The position numbers were made by a program, and so were the translations under genes. Of a DNA stretch of 64,000 nucleotides, positions 1 to 8,751 are shown in pieces (position 1 is the stretch's first letter; every line of letters begins with the position of its first letter). Under the pieces are notes generated by a model. That model worked only from the letters and a program-made list of their open reading frames with translations, ran no database searches and was not told where the DNA came from. This stretch comes from a virus, in IMG/VR virus record IMGVR_UViG_3300042988_001121, positions 32,001 to 96,000 of that record, one strand, 5' to 3'.

Positions 1-2
1 AA

Positions 3-86
3 TATACAGGAAATGTATACTGTCTTGTAACAGAGACAGACAATTTTATGGTTGAACAAAACGGAACTGTATTTCTTAGTGGTAAT
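3..86 (+). mobile_element. C-terminal splicing region of an intein (blocks F/G) within gp21
   Basis: YTGNVYCLVTETDNFMVEQNGTVFLSGN|C: block F (VYCL..T..DNF), terminal Asn at 84-86 and +1 Cys at 87-89. Protease homology resumes exactly at the Cys. Confidence 0.85.
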
Positions 87-527
87 TGCAGACTTAACAT
101 TGATTACGAAAGAGCCACACATCTTATCACAGAAATGAAACAGGATGGTAATGTGTGGATCGGTAAAGCTAAAGTTCTCAAGACCCCTATGGGTAAGGTT
201 CTTGAAGGATTGTTGGAATCTGGTGTTGCTGTAGGTGTTTCTACTCGCGGTGCCGGTTCTATCACAGAGTCGAATGGCGCTAAAATGGTAGGAGATGATT
301 TTTTCATGACTTCCGTTGATGTTGTTTCAGACCCATCTGGTCCCGGATGTGTTGTTAATTCTATCATGGAAGGCAGAGAATTCGATCTAGATGGGTTCGG
401 CAATGCAATAGTCGAAGATTTAGCTGCAATCGCAAAAAAAGAATATGACAAAAAGCGATTGACAGAGCAAAGAAAAGTTGAATTGTTTAACCAATTCATT
501 AAAAGTGTCCAAATTGGGCGCAAATAA
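3..527 (+). CDS. gp21: T4 gp21-like prohead core protease, 5'-partial, interrupted by an intein
   Basis: Frame 3 is open from base 3. The C-extein CRLNIDYERATHLI...GKAKVLKTPMG...GVSTRGAGS...VDVVSDPS matches gp21 motifs (GVSSRGxGS with the catalytic Ser). It lies directly upstream of gp22-gp23. Confidence 0.92.
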   Translation, partial: YTGNVYCLVTETDNFMVEQNGTVFLSGNCRLNIDYERATHLITEMKQDGNVWIGKAKVLKTPMGKVLEGLLESGVAVGVSTRGAGSITESNGAKMVGDDFFMTSVDVVSDPSGPGCVVNSIMEGREFDLDGFGNAIVEDLAAIAKKEYDKKRLTEQRKVELFNQFIKSVQIGRK

Positions 528-543
528 TTGATGCAATTCGTGA

Positions 544-551
544 ATTAAATA
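544..551 (+). promoter_or_regulatory. T4-type late promoter-like motif (WTAAATA) upstream of gp22
   Basis: ATTAAATA. Similar TAAATA boxes precede gp23 (1465), the HNH gene (12547), gp32 (18786), 43891, 45598, 51435, 52232, gp17 (54143) and 56946 (minus strand). Confidence 0.6.
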
Positions 552-581
552 AATAATTAAAAACCAATTTTGGAGTTCTAT

Positions 582-1448
582 ATGACATTGGAAGAACGTA
601 TTAAACAGATGCTGGAAGAAGCAAACAAGACTGTGGCAGAAGAAACCACAACCATTGTTGCTGAAACCACTACAACCACAGAAACTGTCGAACAACCTAC
701 AGAGAATATTGTTGAGAACAAAGACAACAAAGTAAGTTCACAGGTTTCTGCTCTGCTTGAAGCAGAAGGGTTGAGCGAAGATTTTAAACTTCAGGCTGTT
801 ACTATTTTTGAAGCCGCTGTTGCTGATCGCACCATGCAAATTCAAGAACAGTTGCAAGAAGAATTTGAAACAAAACTGCAAGAAGCGCAAGCTGAATTGG
901 CAGATCATATTGATGGATATTTGACTGAAATTGCTCAGGAATGGGCAGCTAATAATGAAGTAGCTATTCGTGCTAACTTCAAGACAAAACTGGCAGAAAG
1001 TTTTATTGATGGCTTGCAGGCTCTCCTGTCTGAGCATAACATTGATTTGCCAGAAGATCAAGAAAACGCACTCGAATTGGCGCTGGAGCAAGTTACTGAA
1101 TTGGAAGATGCAGTTGCTGCTGAAAAGGCTAAACAAACTTCTTTGCAAGAAGAAATCAATGCGCTCAAGGCTACTGCTATCATGGAATCCTTCAAGGACA
1201 AAATGGCAGCAACAGAATTTGATCGCTTTAAGCAACTGACAGAATCTGTCAAATTCACTAACGAAACTCAATACGCAAAACAACTGAATATCGTATTGGA
1301 AAACTTTGGTAAGCTGGCAAAAGAATTCACAAAAGAGACAACTCAAATTGTGGAAGACGTTCAAGAAGTCGCAACAACTAAAATTGTGACTGAATCGAAC
1401 GATTCCGTGAATTTTTACGCTGATTTTATCAAATCAAGCCGAATCTAA
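582..1448 (+). CDS. gp22: gp22-like prohead core scaffold protein
   Basis: Acidic coiled-coil protein between gp21 and gp23; LSEDFKLQAVTIFEAAV and LAESFIDGLQALLSEH motifs; GGAG SD before the ATG at 582. Confidence 0.9.
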   Translation: MTLEERIKQMLEEANKTVAEETTTIVAETTTTTETVEQPTENIVENKDNKVSSQVSALLEAEGLSEDFKLQAVTIFEAAVADRTMQIQEQLQEEFETKLQEAQAELADHIDGYLTEIAQEWAANNEVAIRANFKTKLAESFIDGLQALLSEHNIDLPEDQENALELALEQVTELEDAVAAEKAKQTSLQEEINALKATAIMESFKDKMAATEFDRFKQLTESVKFTNETQYAKQLNIVLENFGKLAKEFTKETTQIVEDVQEVATTKIVTESNDSVNFYADFIKSSRI

Positions 1449-1517
1449 ACGAGATTATCATTTCAATAAATAATTTCGTATTACGATAATTTCTCAATAT
1501 CCATTAAGGAATAAAAA

Positions 1518-2819
1518 ATGAAAACTGTACAACAACTCTTGGAAAAATGGGCACCCGTTCTGGATGCAGAAGGCGTTCCTACCATTGCTAACCGTCATCG
1601 TCGCGAAGTGACTGCTGTTCTGTTGGAAAACACAGAAAACGACATGAGCGAGCGTCGTCAACTGAACGAAGCTGCTCCTGTTACTCAAACTCAAGGCTAT
1701 CCTACCGATGGTTCCGGTTTGGCTAAATTCGATCCAGTGTTGATCAGCATGGTTCGCCGTTCTGCTCCACAGATGATTGCTTATGACGTTTGCGGCGTTC
1801 AGCCACTGCGTCAACCTACTGGTCTGGTGTTTGCTCTGCAAGCTCGTTATGGCAACCAATCTGGTGCCGAAGCTCTGTTCGGTGAAGCTAACTCCGGTTT
1901 CGGCGGCACTGGTACTCATGCTGGCACTGATCCTACTGCTGACTTCGTTGACCAAGACGCAGGTACTGCTGGCGACCAATTCGGTACAGTGACAACTGGC
2001 ACCGGTATGTCAACAGCAACTGCTGAAAGTTTGGGCGGTGGTGTTAATGCTTTCGGTGAAATGTCTTTCACTGTTGCTCAGATGACCGTTTCTGCTAAGA
2101 GCCGTGCTCTGCGTGCTGGTTACTCTGTTGAATTCGCTCAGGATATCAAGAACCTGCATGGTCTGGATGCTGATGCTGAGTTGTCTAGCATTCTGTCAAC
2201 AGAATTGCTGGCAGAAGTGAACCGCGAAGTTCTGCGTACAATCTACTCTGGCGCTAAAGTTGGTGCTCAAGACGCTACCAAAGCTGGTGTGTTTGACCTG
2301 TTGACTGACAGCGATGGTCGTTGGTTGGCAGAGCGTCACAAAGGTCTGTTGTTCCAGATCGAGCGTGAAGCTAACCGTATTGCTCAGACAACTCGTTTGG
2401 GTAAAGGTAACATCCTGATTTGTTCTTCTGACGTTGCTTCTGCTTTGGCTCTGGCTGGTGTGTTGGATTATGCTCCTGCTCTGGATGCAGCTAACAGCAT
2501 CAACGTTGATGAGTCTAGCGCAACTTTCGCTGGTGTTCTGAACAAGAAGATCAAAGTATATGTTGACCCATATGCTGGCGCTGCTGGTACACAAAACCAA
2601 TTCTTCTGCGTTGGTTACAAAGGTGACAGCGCATGGAAAGCCGGTTTGTTCTATTGCCCATATGTTCCTCTGCAACTGGTTCGTACAACTGATCCAGCTA
2701 CAATGACCCCAACAATGGCTTACCGGATGCGGTACGGTATCGCCCGTCACCCTCTGTTCCAAGGTGCCGGTCGTACCAATGAGTTCTATCGCATTGCGGC
2801 AGTTCGTAACGTTTTGTAA
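1518..2819 (+). CDS. gp23: Major capsid protein gp23
   Basis: LLEKWAPVL, LENTE, QLNE|A cleavage site, LVRRS-like, VCGVQP, AKSRALRAGYS, AGLFYCPYVPL and RYGI motifs. Confidence 0.98.
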   Translation: MKTVQQLLEKWAPVLDAEGVPTIANRHRREVTAVLLENTENDMSERRQLNEAAPVTQTQGYPTDGSGLAKFDPVLISMVRRSAPQMIAYDVCGVQPLRQPTGLVFALQARYGNQSGAEALFGEANSGFGGTGTHAGTDPTADFVDQDAGTAGDQFGTVTTGTGMSTATAESLGGGVNAFGEMSFTVAQMTVSAKSRALRAGYSVEFAQDIKNLHGLDADAELSSILSTELLAEVNREVLRTIYSGAKVGAQDATKAGVFDLLTDSDGRWLAERHKGLLFQIEREANRIAQTTRLGKGNILICSSDVASALALAGVLDYAPALDAANSINVDESSATFAGVLNKKIKVYVDPYAGAAGTQNQFFCVGYKGDSAWKAGLFYCPYVPLQLVRTTDPATMTPTMAYRMRYGIARHPLFQGAGRTNEFYRIAAVRNVL

Positions 2820-2834
2820 AATACAAAACTTAAC

Positions 2835-2859
2835 AAAAGGGCACTTCGGTGCCCTTTTT
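2835..2859. terminator. Bidirectional intrinsic terminator with a UUCG loop after gp23
   Basis: AAAAGGGCAC-TTCG-GTGCCCTTTTT between convergent genes. Confidence 0.9.
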
Positions 2860-4499
2860 CATTTCTTTATCCCATAAACTTTGTTTCCGAAGTCATAAAT
2901 CTTTGAATACCCCAATTGTACCATAATATCTTCTGTTTTCATTGAAGAAAATTCAGGGTATTTTTCAATAAGTTTCCAGCGCTGAAACGTCATTCTGGAG
3001 TAACGCTTGCCGCCCTTATACCAACTGAACCCTTGCTCTGTTTGTTTTAGTTCAGTGAACCCCATATTTTCATATAGTTTTCCTGTTCCCCACCGAAGAT
3101 CACAATAAGAAATAATAGAGTCTGGTTTAGCGGATGACATAAAATGTTTTAGCAGTTTAGATGCACCGCCGATAACATTCGTATCGTTCAATGAGCAAAA
3201 TCGGAGCAATTCATACTGGTACTCTTTATTGAATCTAGACAAACCAAATGTCATTACAGCAACGAGTTCACCTGAATGTATTAGACCATATCTATGTTTT
3301 GATTGACACCAGCCCTGTATGTGATTTGTTTCAATAAATTCTCTACACTCAGTTTCTGTTAATTCAATGACAGAACATTTTCTTGCATGAATCTTTTTTT
3401 CTGTGATACCAAATATAGAACGAAGTCTTGAATAAACAATGTCTTCATTTTCGTCATCAAAGATTTTAATCAATCTGATACCAATTGAATCGCACATAAC
3501 TTTCTTGTGGTAATCGTCTTTATCTCGATGGAAGTAAAGACCATCATATTCAATCGCAATATTTTTCTCTGGAACAACTATATCCAACTCATATGGAGCA
3601 ATAAGTGTTCTGTCGTTTACCAAACAATTGAAACCGGCGTTCTGTAACATATCAACGATTCTTTTCTGTGGAACCGATCTGATGTTGCATTTAGGACAGA
3701 ATAATTCTTTTTTACTGAGAATGCTAGCCGAAAATTCAGTTGAACAGCAATTACATTTCCAGTTATATTTCTGATATCGAATATCCGATTCAATATACTT
3801 TTCAACTGTATCAAGACATTTTATGTTGCATGTAGTTTCAAGTAATGAAACCTTTTCTTTAAACCAAGGTATCGCAACATTCTGGTTATAGGTATCATTC
3901 AGTTTTCTTGACCCGAGCCTTTGTTGACGAATATTGTCTCTGTATTCTAAATTTGCATCTTTACAATCAACTGAACAGAAATCAGCAATACTTTTACCAT
4001 AAGGAGTTTGACTGACATTGTGAACAGGAATGATATCACCACACTCTTTACATTTCCGAATCAATTCGGAGCCATATTTTTCTATCTGAAGTAATGTCTT
4101 GATATCATTGAAATCGTGTTTCTCTTTAAGAGAGTCAACCGTTGCTTTTGACAGAAACTTATCTACCTTGCTCCATGAAAGATTACCATTCTGATCATAT
4201 AGAATAGAAAAATCTTCCAATATCGGTAAAGAAGAATCTTTTGTAGCAGAATACTCGTATTTACATTTCAATGAACAAGTTGATCCAAAAGACCCTTTCT
4301 TGAAATTGAGTCGGTCGAATACATCACCACATACCTTACATGTAGGAATCTCACCATGAATAACACCGGCTATCAGAGTCATTGCAGATAGCCCCTTGCG
4401 AACACCAAGGTAGGATTCAACCATTTCTCTATCTTCTGAAAAGGAAGATAACACATTGCTATTCAAGCCGCCCTGTTTGTTCAAATACTTTTCTAACAT
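2859..4499 (-). CDS. Free-standing Hef/Vsr-like (PD-(D/E)xK) homing endonuclease with Zn-finger N-terminal repeats
   Basis: CxxC clusters; ELDIVVPEKNIAIEYDGLYFH; C-terminal IHARKC...NHIQG...ELLRFCS...GGASKLL domain typical of this phage family; antisense to flanking late genes. Confidence 0.75.
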   Translation of the reverse strand: MLEKYLNKQGGLNSNVLSSFSEDREMVESYLGVRKGLSAMTLIAGVIHGEIPTCKVCGDVFDRLNFKKGSFGSTCSLKCKYEYSATKDSSLPILEDFSILYDQNGNLSWSKVDKFLSKATVDSLKEKHDFNDIKTLLQIEKYGSELIRKCKECGDIIPVHNVSQTPYGKSIADFCSVDCKDANLEYRDNIRQQRLGSRKLNDTYNQNVAIPWFKEKVSLLETTCNIKCLDTVEKYIESDIRYQKYNWKCNCCSTEFSASILSKKELFCPKCNIRSVPQKRIVDMLQNAGFNCLVNDRTLIAPYELDIVVPEKNIAIEYDGLYFHRDKDDYHKKVMCDSIGIRLIKIFDDENEDIVYSRLRSIFGITEKKIHARKCSVIELTETECREFIETNHIQGWCQSKHRYGLIHSGELVAVMTFGLSRFNKEYQYELLRFCSLNDTNVIGGASKLLKHFMSSAKPDSIISYCDLRWGTGKLYENMGFTELKQTEQGFSWYKGGKRYSRMTFQRWKLIEKYPEFSSMKTEDIMVQLGYSKIYDFGNKVYGIKK

Positions 4500-4727
4500 A
4501 AATACCCCAACAAAATAATTCATAGTATATCATGGAATCAAGAACACATCAATTGGATAACACAAAACTCTCGGGTAACATCTTTGAAAGCATTCTAGCT
4601 GCTTCTCATGATTGCTATATGAGTCGAAGAAGGGAAAACAGAAACATAGAACTCGGGGCAGATGCACCAAGAGGAAAAGAATCTGCTTTCATTGGTGGCT
4701 GTGTAACGAGTCTTCTGAAGGTACAAA

Positions 4728-5210
4728 ATGGCTGATGCTGGTTTTAACCATCTACAGACAAATGCATTCACGTTTACTTTACAGAGGATGCAAGCAACTA
4801 CCTTTAGAATAACTTCAGCCGAGGTGCCATCAATTACTGTTCCTCCACCAAGTACAGGAACACAGGGAGCAACACAATATCATCCCGGTAGTTTCACTGA
4901 GTTTGATGAATTGTCTCTGAGATTTATTGTTGATGAAGACCTTCAGAATTACGAAGAAATATATCATTGGATAACACAACAGAGATATGCTATTGGCACT
5001 GCATATCAGCCAAAGTCAGATGCAGAGAAATTATTAGTGAGTGATGGGTTTCTAACGACTCTGACTAATAAGAGCAATCCAAATAGAACAATCTATTTTA
5101 AGGATATGTTTCCTATTGCATTAGGTAGTCTTGCATTCAATGTTCAAGAGACACCAGAACCATTGACATGTTGGGTAACATTTAGATTCAGTTACTTTGA
5201 GTTGAGGTGA
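4728..5210 (+). CDS. gp3: gp3-like tail completion/tube terminator protein
   Basis: HPGSFTEFDELSLRFIVDEDLQNYEEIYHWI matches gp3 (RPG..F.Y..L..RFIVDEEL..W...Y.W). Confidence 0.85.
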   Translation: MADAGFNHLQTNAFTFTLQRMQATTFRITSAEVPSITVPPPSTGTQGATQYHPGSFTEFDELSLRFIVDEDLQNYEEIYHWITQQRYAIGTAYQPKSDAEKLLVSDGFLTTLTNKSNPNRTIYFKDMFPIALGSLAFNVQETPEPLTCWVTFRFSYFELR

Positions 5211-5249
5211 TCATCATTACAGGTACTCTGTACTCATAAGGATTCATTA

Positions 5250-5885
5250 GACTCTGTTTGGGTAAACCAAACCATAGTGTGCTCCGCACATCGCTACGCG
5301 ATCATCCTTTATTTTTCTTTTTTCTTTTCGCGACTCCCTCCGGTCATACAGCGGTTGAGAAAAACAAAGTTACCCCGTTTCCGGGGGTAAGACGATGTTT
5401 CTCCCAACCACCGTATGATTTAAATCAGCATAGCTGATCATACATCGGCGTCGAATGAACTTAGTTTGATTTACAACCCCATTCCTATCTCAGAATGTTT
5501 AGGTAGCGCGGTGATTAAACGCTTTACGTAGTTACCTCTATCACTGTGGGTACTGACAAGAAATCAAACGTCTTCCGGGTTACTCAGTGTTCTACAGAAC
5601 AAAATTCACTCCGGTTGTCAATACCGTGGCACGCCCGCAGGTGCCTCTGCCCACCCTATTTCAGATCATAGTGAGCTTACCCTACTCTTTCTTTCACCAC
5701 CCGTTATCTACGATAAACTGAATTCGTGTTTTTCGGGAGGAACCATATCCTCTTGTGGTCTACTCGATTAGATGTAGTCAATCCATTTAGCTATGTGGTC
5801 AACCCATAGCCTAAGTCATCAATGCTTCGTTACGCTGCCATTGACACCAGCTACAGACAGTTTAAGGAGTAGATTGCGGCTCCAT
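5250..5885 (-). ncRNA. Candidate large structured non-coding RNA (or origin-associated structured region)
   Basis: No ORF of 60 aa or more; dense local hairpins including a GAAA tetraloop on the minus strand (5370-5390); long-range complement GTTTGATTT 5465-5473 / AAATCAAAC 5561-5569. Confidence 0.45.
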
Positions 5886-5888
5886 CAA

Positions 5889-6055
5889 CAGAACAGTAGT
5901 TTTAAGTGGTACTCGTCACTGATAAATAAAATGCAGTTTAGTGAGTATGCGGCTCAACAGATGGTACAGCAGAACAGTAGTTTTAAGTGGTACTCGTCAC
6001 TAACTTGGATATTTATGTTTTCGATGAACTGGTATTTTAACGTGGTACTCGGCAC
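5889..6055. repeat. Direct repeats: two identical 32-mers plus one degenerate copy
   Basis: CAGAACAGTAGTTTTAAGTGGTACTCGTCACT at 5889-5920 and 5970-6001; degenerate GAACTGGTATTTTAACGTGGTACTCGGCAC at 6026-6055. Confidence 0.9.
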
Positions 6056-6139
6056 GAACAGATGCTATTTATCAACACTATAACACAGAAAACGTTTGAG
6101 TCAACACATTGGTTGACACATTTTGAAAATAAATTATTT

Positions 6140-6580
6140 ATGCTTGATCATGAACAGCTTTTGACCGAATGGGAAACCGATTGTAAGGTTCCCTCTGATG
6201 CTCTGTTAGAGCGCATGTACAGACACCCCATCCTTCATAGCAAGTATCTTGGCTACCTACAGTCTTATAAGATCAGTAGTCGTAAGGTCACACTTCGCTA
6301 TCAGAAACTCCGGCTCCTGAAGACCCGTTACTATAACGGAGAACTGTCAGAAGAAGAACTAATTGAGAACAATCTTAAACAGTACCTGTATAAGCGACCT
6401 TTGAAGTCGGAAATGGAATCTCTACTGGATGCCGATGCTGATCTTCAGAAACTTCAGGAACAGATTCTGTATATCGAGACTTTGATTCAGAGTACCGAGG
6501 CTATCATGAAAGAGTTGACTAACCAACACTATCTGTTCAAAAATATCATTGAACAGACCAAATATCTTACAGGGAATTGA
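6140..6580 (+). CDS. uvsY: UvsY recombination mediator
   Basis: W..D...D......HP.LHSKYL, YYNGEL and LLDAD.DL motifs; sits before uvsW. Confidence 0.85.
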   Translation: MLDHEQLLTEWETDCKVPSDALLERMYRHPILHSKYLGYLQSYKISSRKVTLRYQKLRLLKTRYYNGELSEEELIENNLKQYLYKRPLKSEMESLLDADADLQKLQEQILYIETLIQSTEAIMKELTNQHYLFKNIIEQTKYLTGN

Positions 6581-6581
6581 A

Positions 6582-6854
6582 ATGTTTAGAGGCGCAGTAA
6601 CACTTGACAAAAATACTGTTATCAATTTTTTGAACTCACATGGAGTCGATCTTGTTCAATGGGTAGCGGATAAACTGGATAACCCAAAGATCGTTTACAT
6701 GCACAGTAACATTTTTGTGGTCGGCGAATCAACAGAATTTTCTGTTGCCAAATCTAGTATGGAATCTTACCCTCTTTACTCACTGAGATTTTTTGGTGTT
6801 GATTTACTTGACTACGCTTTTGAGGAACTGAGATTTCAATCAGTGGTTCTATGA
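6582..6854 (+). CDS. Hypothetical protein
   Basis: ORF tightly packed between uvsY and uvsW (ATGA overlap with uvsW). Confidence 0.6.
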   Translation: MFRGAVTLDKNTVINFLNSHGVDLVQWVADKLDNPKIVYMHSNIFVVGESTEFSVAKSSMESYPLYSLRFFGVDLLDYAFEELRFQSVVL

Positions 6855-8335
6855 CAGACATTATTATTCGTAAGGTCAATGAGACATATCTTGAAGTCGT
6901 ATCTGACATGGATACGGCTTTCGTTATCTCTGATAGTTATAGTTTCAGACCAGATGGGTATCGATTCATGCCAGAGTATAAGGCAGGTCGATGGGATGGG
7001 TATATCAGAATGTTCAATATGGGAACCCGCAGAATGTTATTGGGTCTGAAAAATGATCTGATTCAATTCTGTGAACAAAGAAATTACTCATATTCCCTTG
7101 AAAACTTCGACGATCAGTCACTGAATCTCTCTGACAGTGATGTAGATGCCTTTATTTCGCGTTTAAACGCCTTTGGAGGCGATAAACCGTTACAGGTAAG
7201 GGGATACCAGCGGTATGCCATTAAAACGGCTCTAAACGCCTCTAGATCGATTTTAAAGGCAACTACTGGCGCAGGTAAATCTTTTATTCAATACGCGCTA
7301 TCAAGATACCTTTCCGAAGAACTTGGACTAAAGGTTCTGATTCTTGTTCCAACAGTGGCGCTTACTACTCAGATGAAGAATGATTTTGCTGATTATTCTT
7401 CTCGGTCTGATTGGTCTGCCGAAAAGAATGTTCATACAATCAGTGCTGGTCTTGATAAAGACACAGATAAACCAATTGTGGTCAGCACATTCCAATCTAT
7501 CTATAAGATGCCAGTGGAATGGTATGAGCAGTTTGGGGCAATTATTGGCGATGAAGGTCATAAGATAAAGTCTTCTACAATATCTTCGATCTTCATGAAT
7601 TCAACTAAATGTAGATTCAAGATCGCCTGCACAGGCACATTGCACGATATGAAGTGTCACCTGAAGCAGATGATTGGGTTGACAGGCGATGTAGTTGAAG
7701 TTGCTGATGCAAAGGATTTGATTGCCGAGGGTCAGTTGGTTCCATTGAAAGTATCTGGAATTATATTGACCTATGACAAAGAAGTTGCAAAAGCAATGAA
7801 AAAAGCTGACTATGAAACGGAGATAAAATACATTGTCACGAACACCAAGCGGAACAAGTTCATTGCGAATCTGGCGCTGAAATGTAAGGGAACTACTTTA
7901 CTTCTATATAGGTTCATTGATCTTCAGGGTGATCCGCTGTATAAGATGTTATGTGAAAGAACAGATAGAACTGTTCACTTCATTGATGCCGATGTTGATA
8001 GAGAGACAAGAGAAGAAATCCGTCAGAGCGCAAATAAATCTGATGACGATATTATTGTTGGTAGCTACGGATGTATGAGCACTGGCATCAATCTTCCTGC
8101 GATTGAAAACATCATTTTCTGTCATCCAGTGAAGTCCAAGATCACGGTTCTTCAGAGCATTGGTAGGGGTCTGCGGCTGAAGGAAGGTAAGACACACTGT
8201 AATCTCTATGACATTACCGATAATATGACGTATAATAGAAAGCAGAACACAACTTTCTCGCACTTCAGTGAGCGTGTTGGTATGTACGGCTCAGAAGGGC
8301 ACTCTGTTAAACTTATTACGATTCCATTTGAATGA
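6851..8335 (+). CDS. uvsW: UvsW SF2 helicase
   Basis: YKAGRWDGYIR, RGYQ, ATTGAGKS, DEGH, TGT, STGIN and QSIGRGLR motifs. Confidence 0.95.
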   Translation: MTDIIIRKVNETYLEVVSDMDTAFVISDSYSFRPDGYRFMPEYKAGRWDGYIRMFNMGTRRMLLGLKNDLIQFCEQRNYSYSLENFDDQSLNLSDSDVDAFISRLNAFGGDKPLQVRGYQRYAIKTALNASRSILKATTGAGKSFIQYALSRYLSEELGLKVLILVPTVALTTQMKNDFADYSSRSDWSAEKNVHTISAGLDKDTDKPIVVSTFQSIYKMPVEWYEQFGAIIGDEGHKIKSSTISSIFMNSTKCRFKIACTGTLHDMKCHLKQMIGLTGDVVEVADAKDLIAEGQLVPLKVSGIILTYDKEVAKAMKKADYETEIKYIVTNTKRNKFIANLALKCKGTTLLLYRFIDLQGDPLYKMLCERTDRTVHFIDADVDRETREEIRQSANKSDDDIIVGSYGCMSTGINLPAIENIIFCHPVKSKITVLQSIGRGLRLKEGKTHCNLYDITDNMTYNRKQNTTFSHFSERVGMYGSEGHSVKLITIPFE

Positions 8336-8751
8336 AACCAACATTACTGTCACTACTCACTGTCAATAGTGAGCAAATTCTTGGCGACTATCTTTTCGAG
8401 GAAACAGAACTGGATAAGGACACAGGCGAAAGTCTTGGCTATATCTATCTTCTGTTTCCGATTCGGATCATGCAACAGAGCATGGTTCATCAGTCTTCAA
8501 AGGTGTCAACAATATTTGTTCCGCAACTGATGTTACCGTTCGGTAAGTCGAATGTTCATAAGTTCCGTAAAGACTTCTTTGTTCACATGACCATTTGTAG
8601 CGATTATGACCGCCGCTACTATAATAGCATCCTTGAGGAAATCCTTGCTGTTGAGACAAAGCGAAAATTGTTGTCTAGTTCTTACTTTGATCAGGTAGAA
8701 TACGCATACAAGAAATTTGATATGCACCACGGAACCACAACAATTCAATGA
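8332..8751 (+). CDS. Hypothetical protein (possibly Sm-like fold)
   Basis: Coupled ORF between uvsW and the primase. Confidence 0.6.
   Translation: MKPTLLSLLTVNSEQILGDYLFEETELDKDTGESLGYIYLLFPIRIMQQSMVHQSSKVSTIFVPQLMLPFGKSNVHKFRKDFFVHMTICSDYDRRYYNSILEEILAVETKRKLLSSSYFDQVEYAYKKFDMHHGTTTIQ

Noticed and set aside
4532-4812. Short ORFs 4532-4735 and 4612-4812
   Set aside because: No recognisable motifs; they overlap the promoter region of the antisense endonuclease and the gp3 start, so they are probably spurious.
5250-5885. Group I/II intron, tmRNA or RNase P RNA
   Set aside because: I could not find group II domain V, group I P7 core, tmRNA termini or RNase P GAGGAAAGUCC motifs, and there are no interrupted exons on either side.
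5889-6055. CRISPR mini-array
   Set aside because: Only two exact repeats, spacers of unequal length (49 and ~24 nt), the flanking sequence is also duplicated, there is no recognisable CRISPR repeat terminus, and no cas genes are present; it looks like a tandem duplication or iterons.
5793-6083. 96-aa ORF across the repeats
   Set aside because: Its repeated peptide (QQNSSFKWYSSL) simply reflects the DNA repeat; there is no SD and the composition is atypical.
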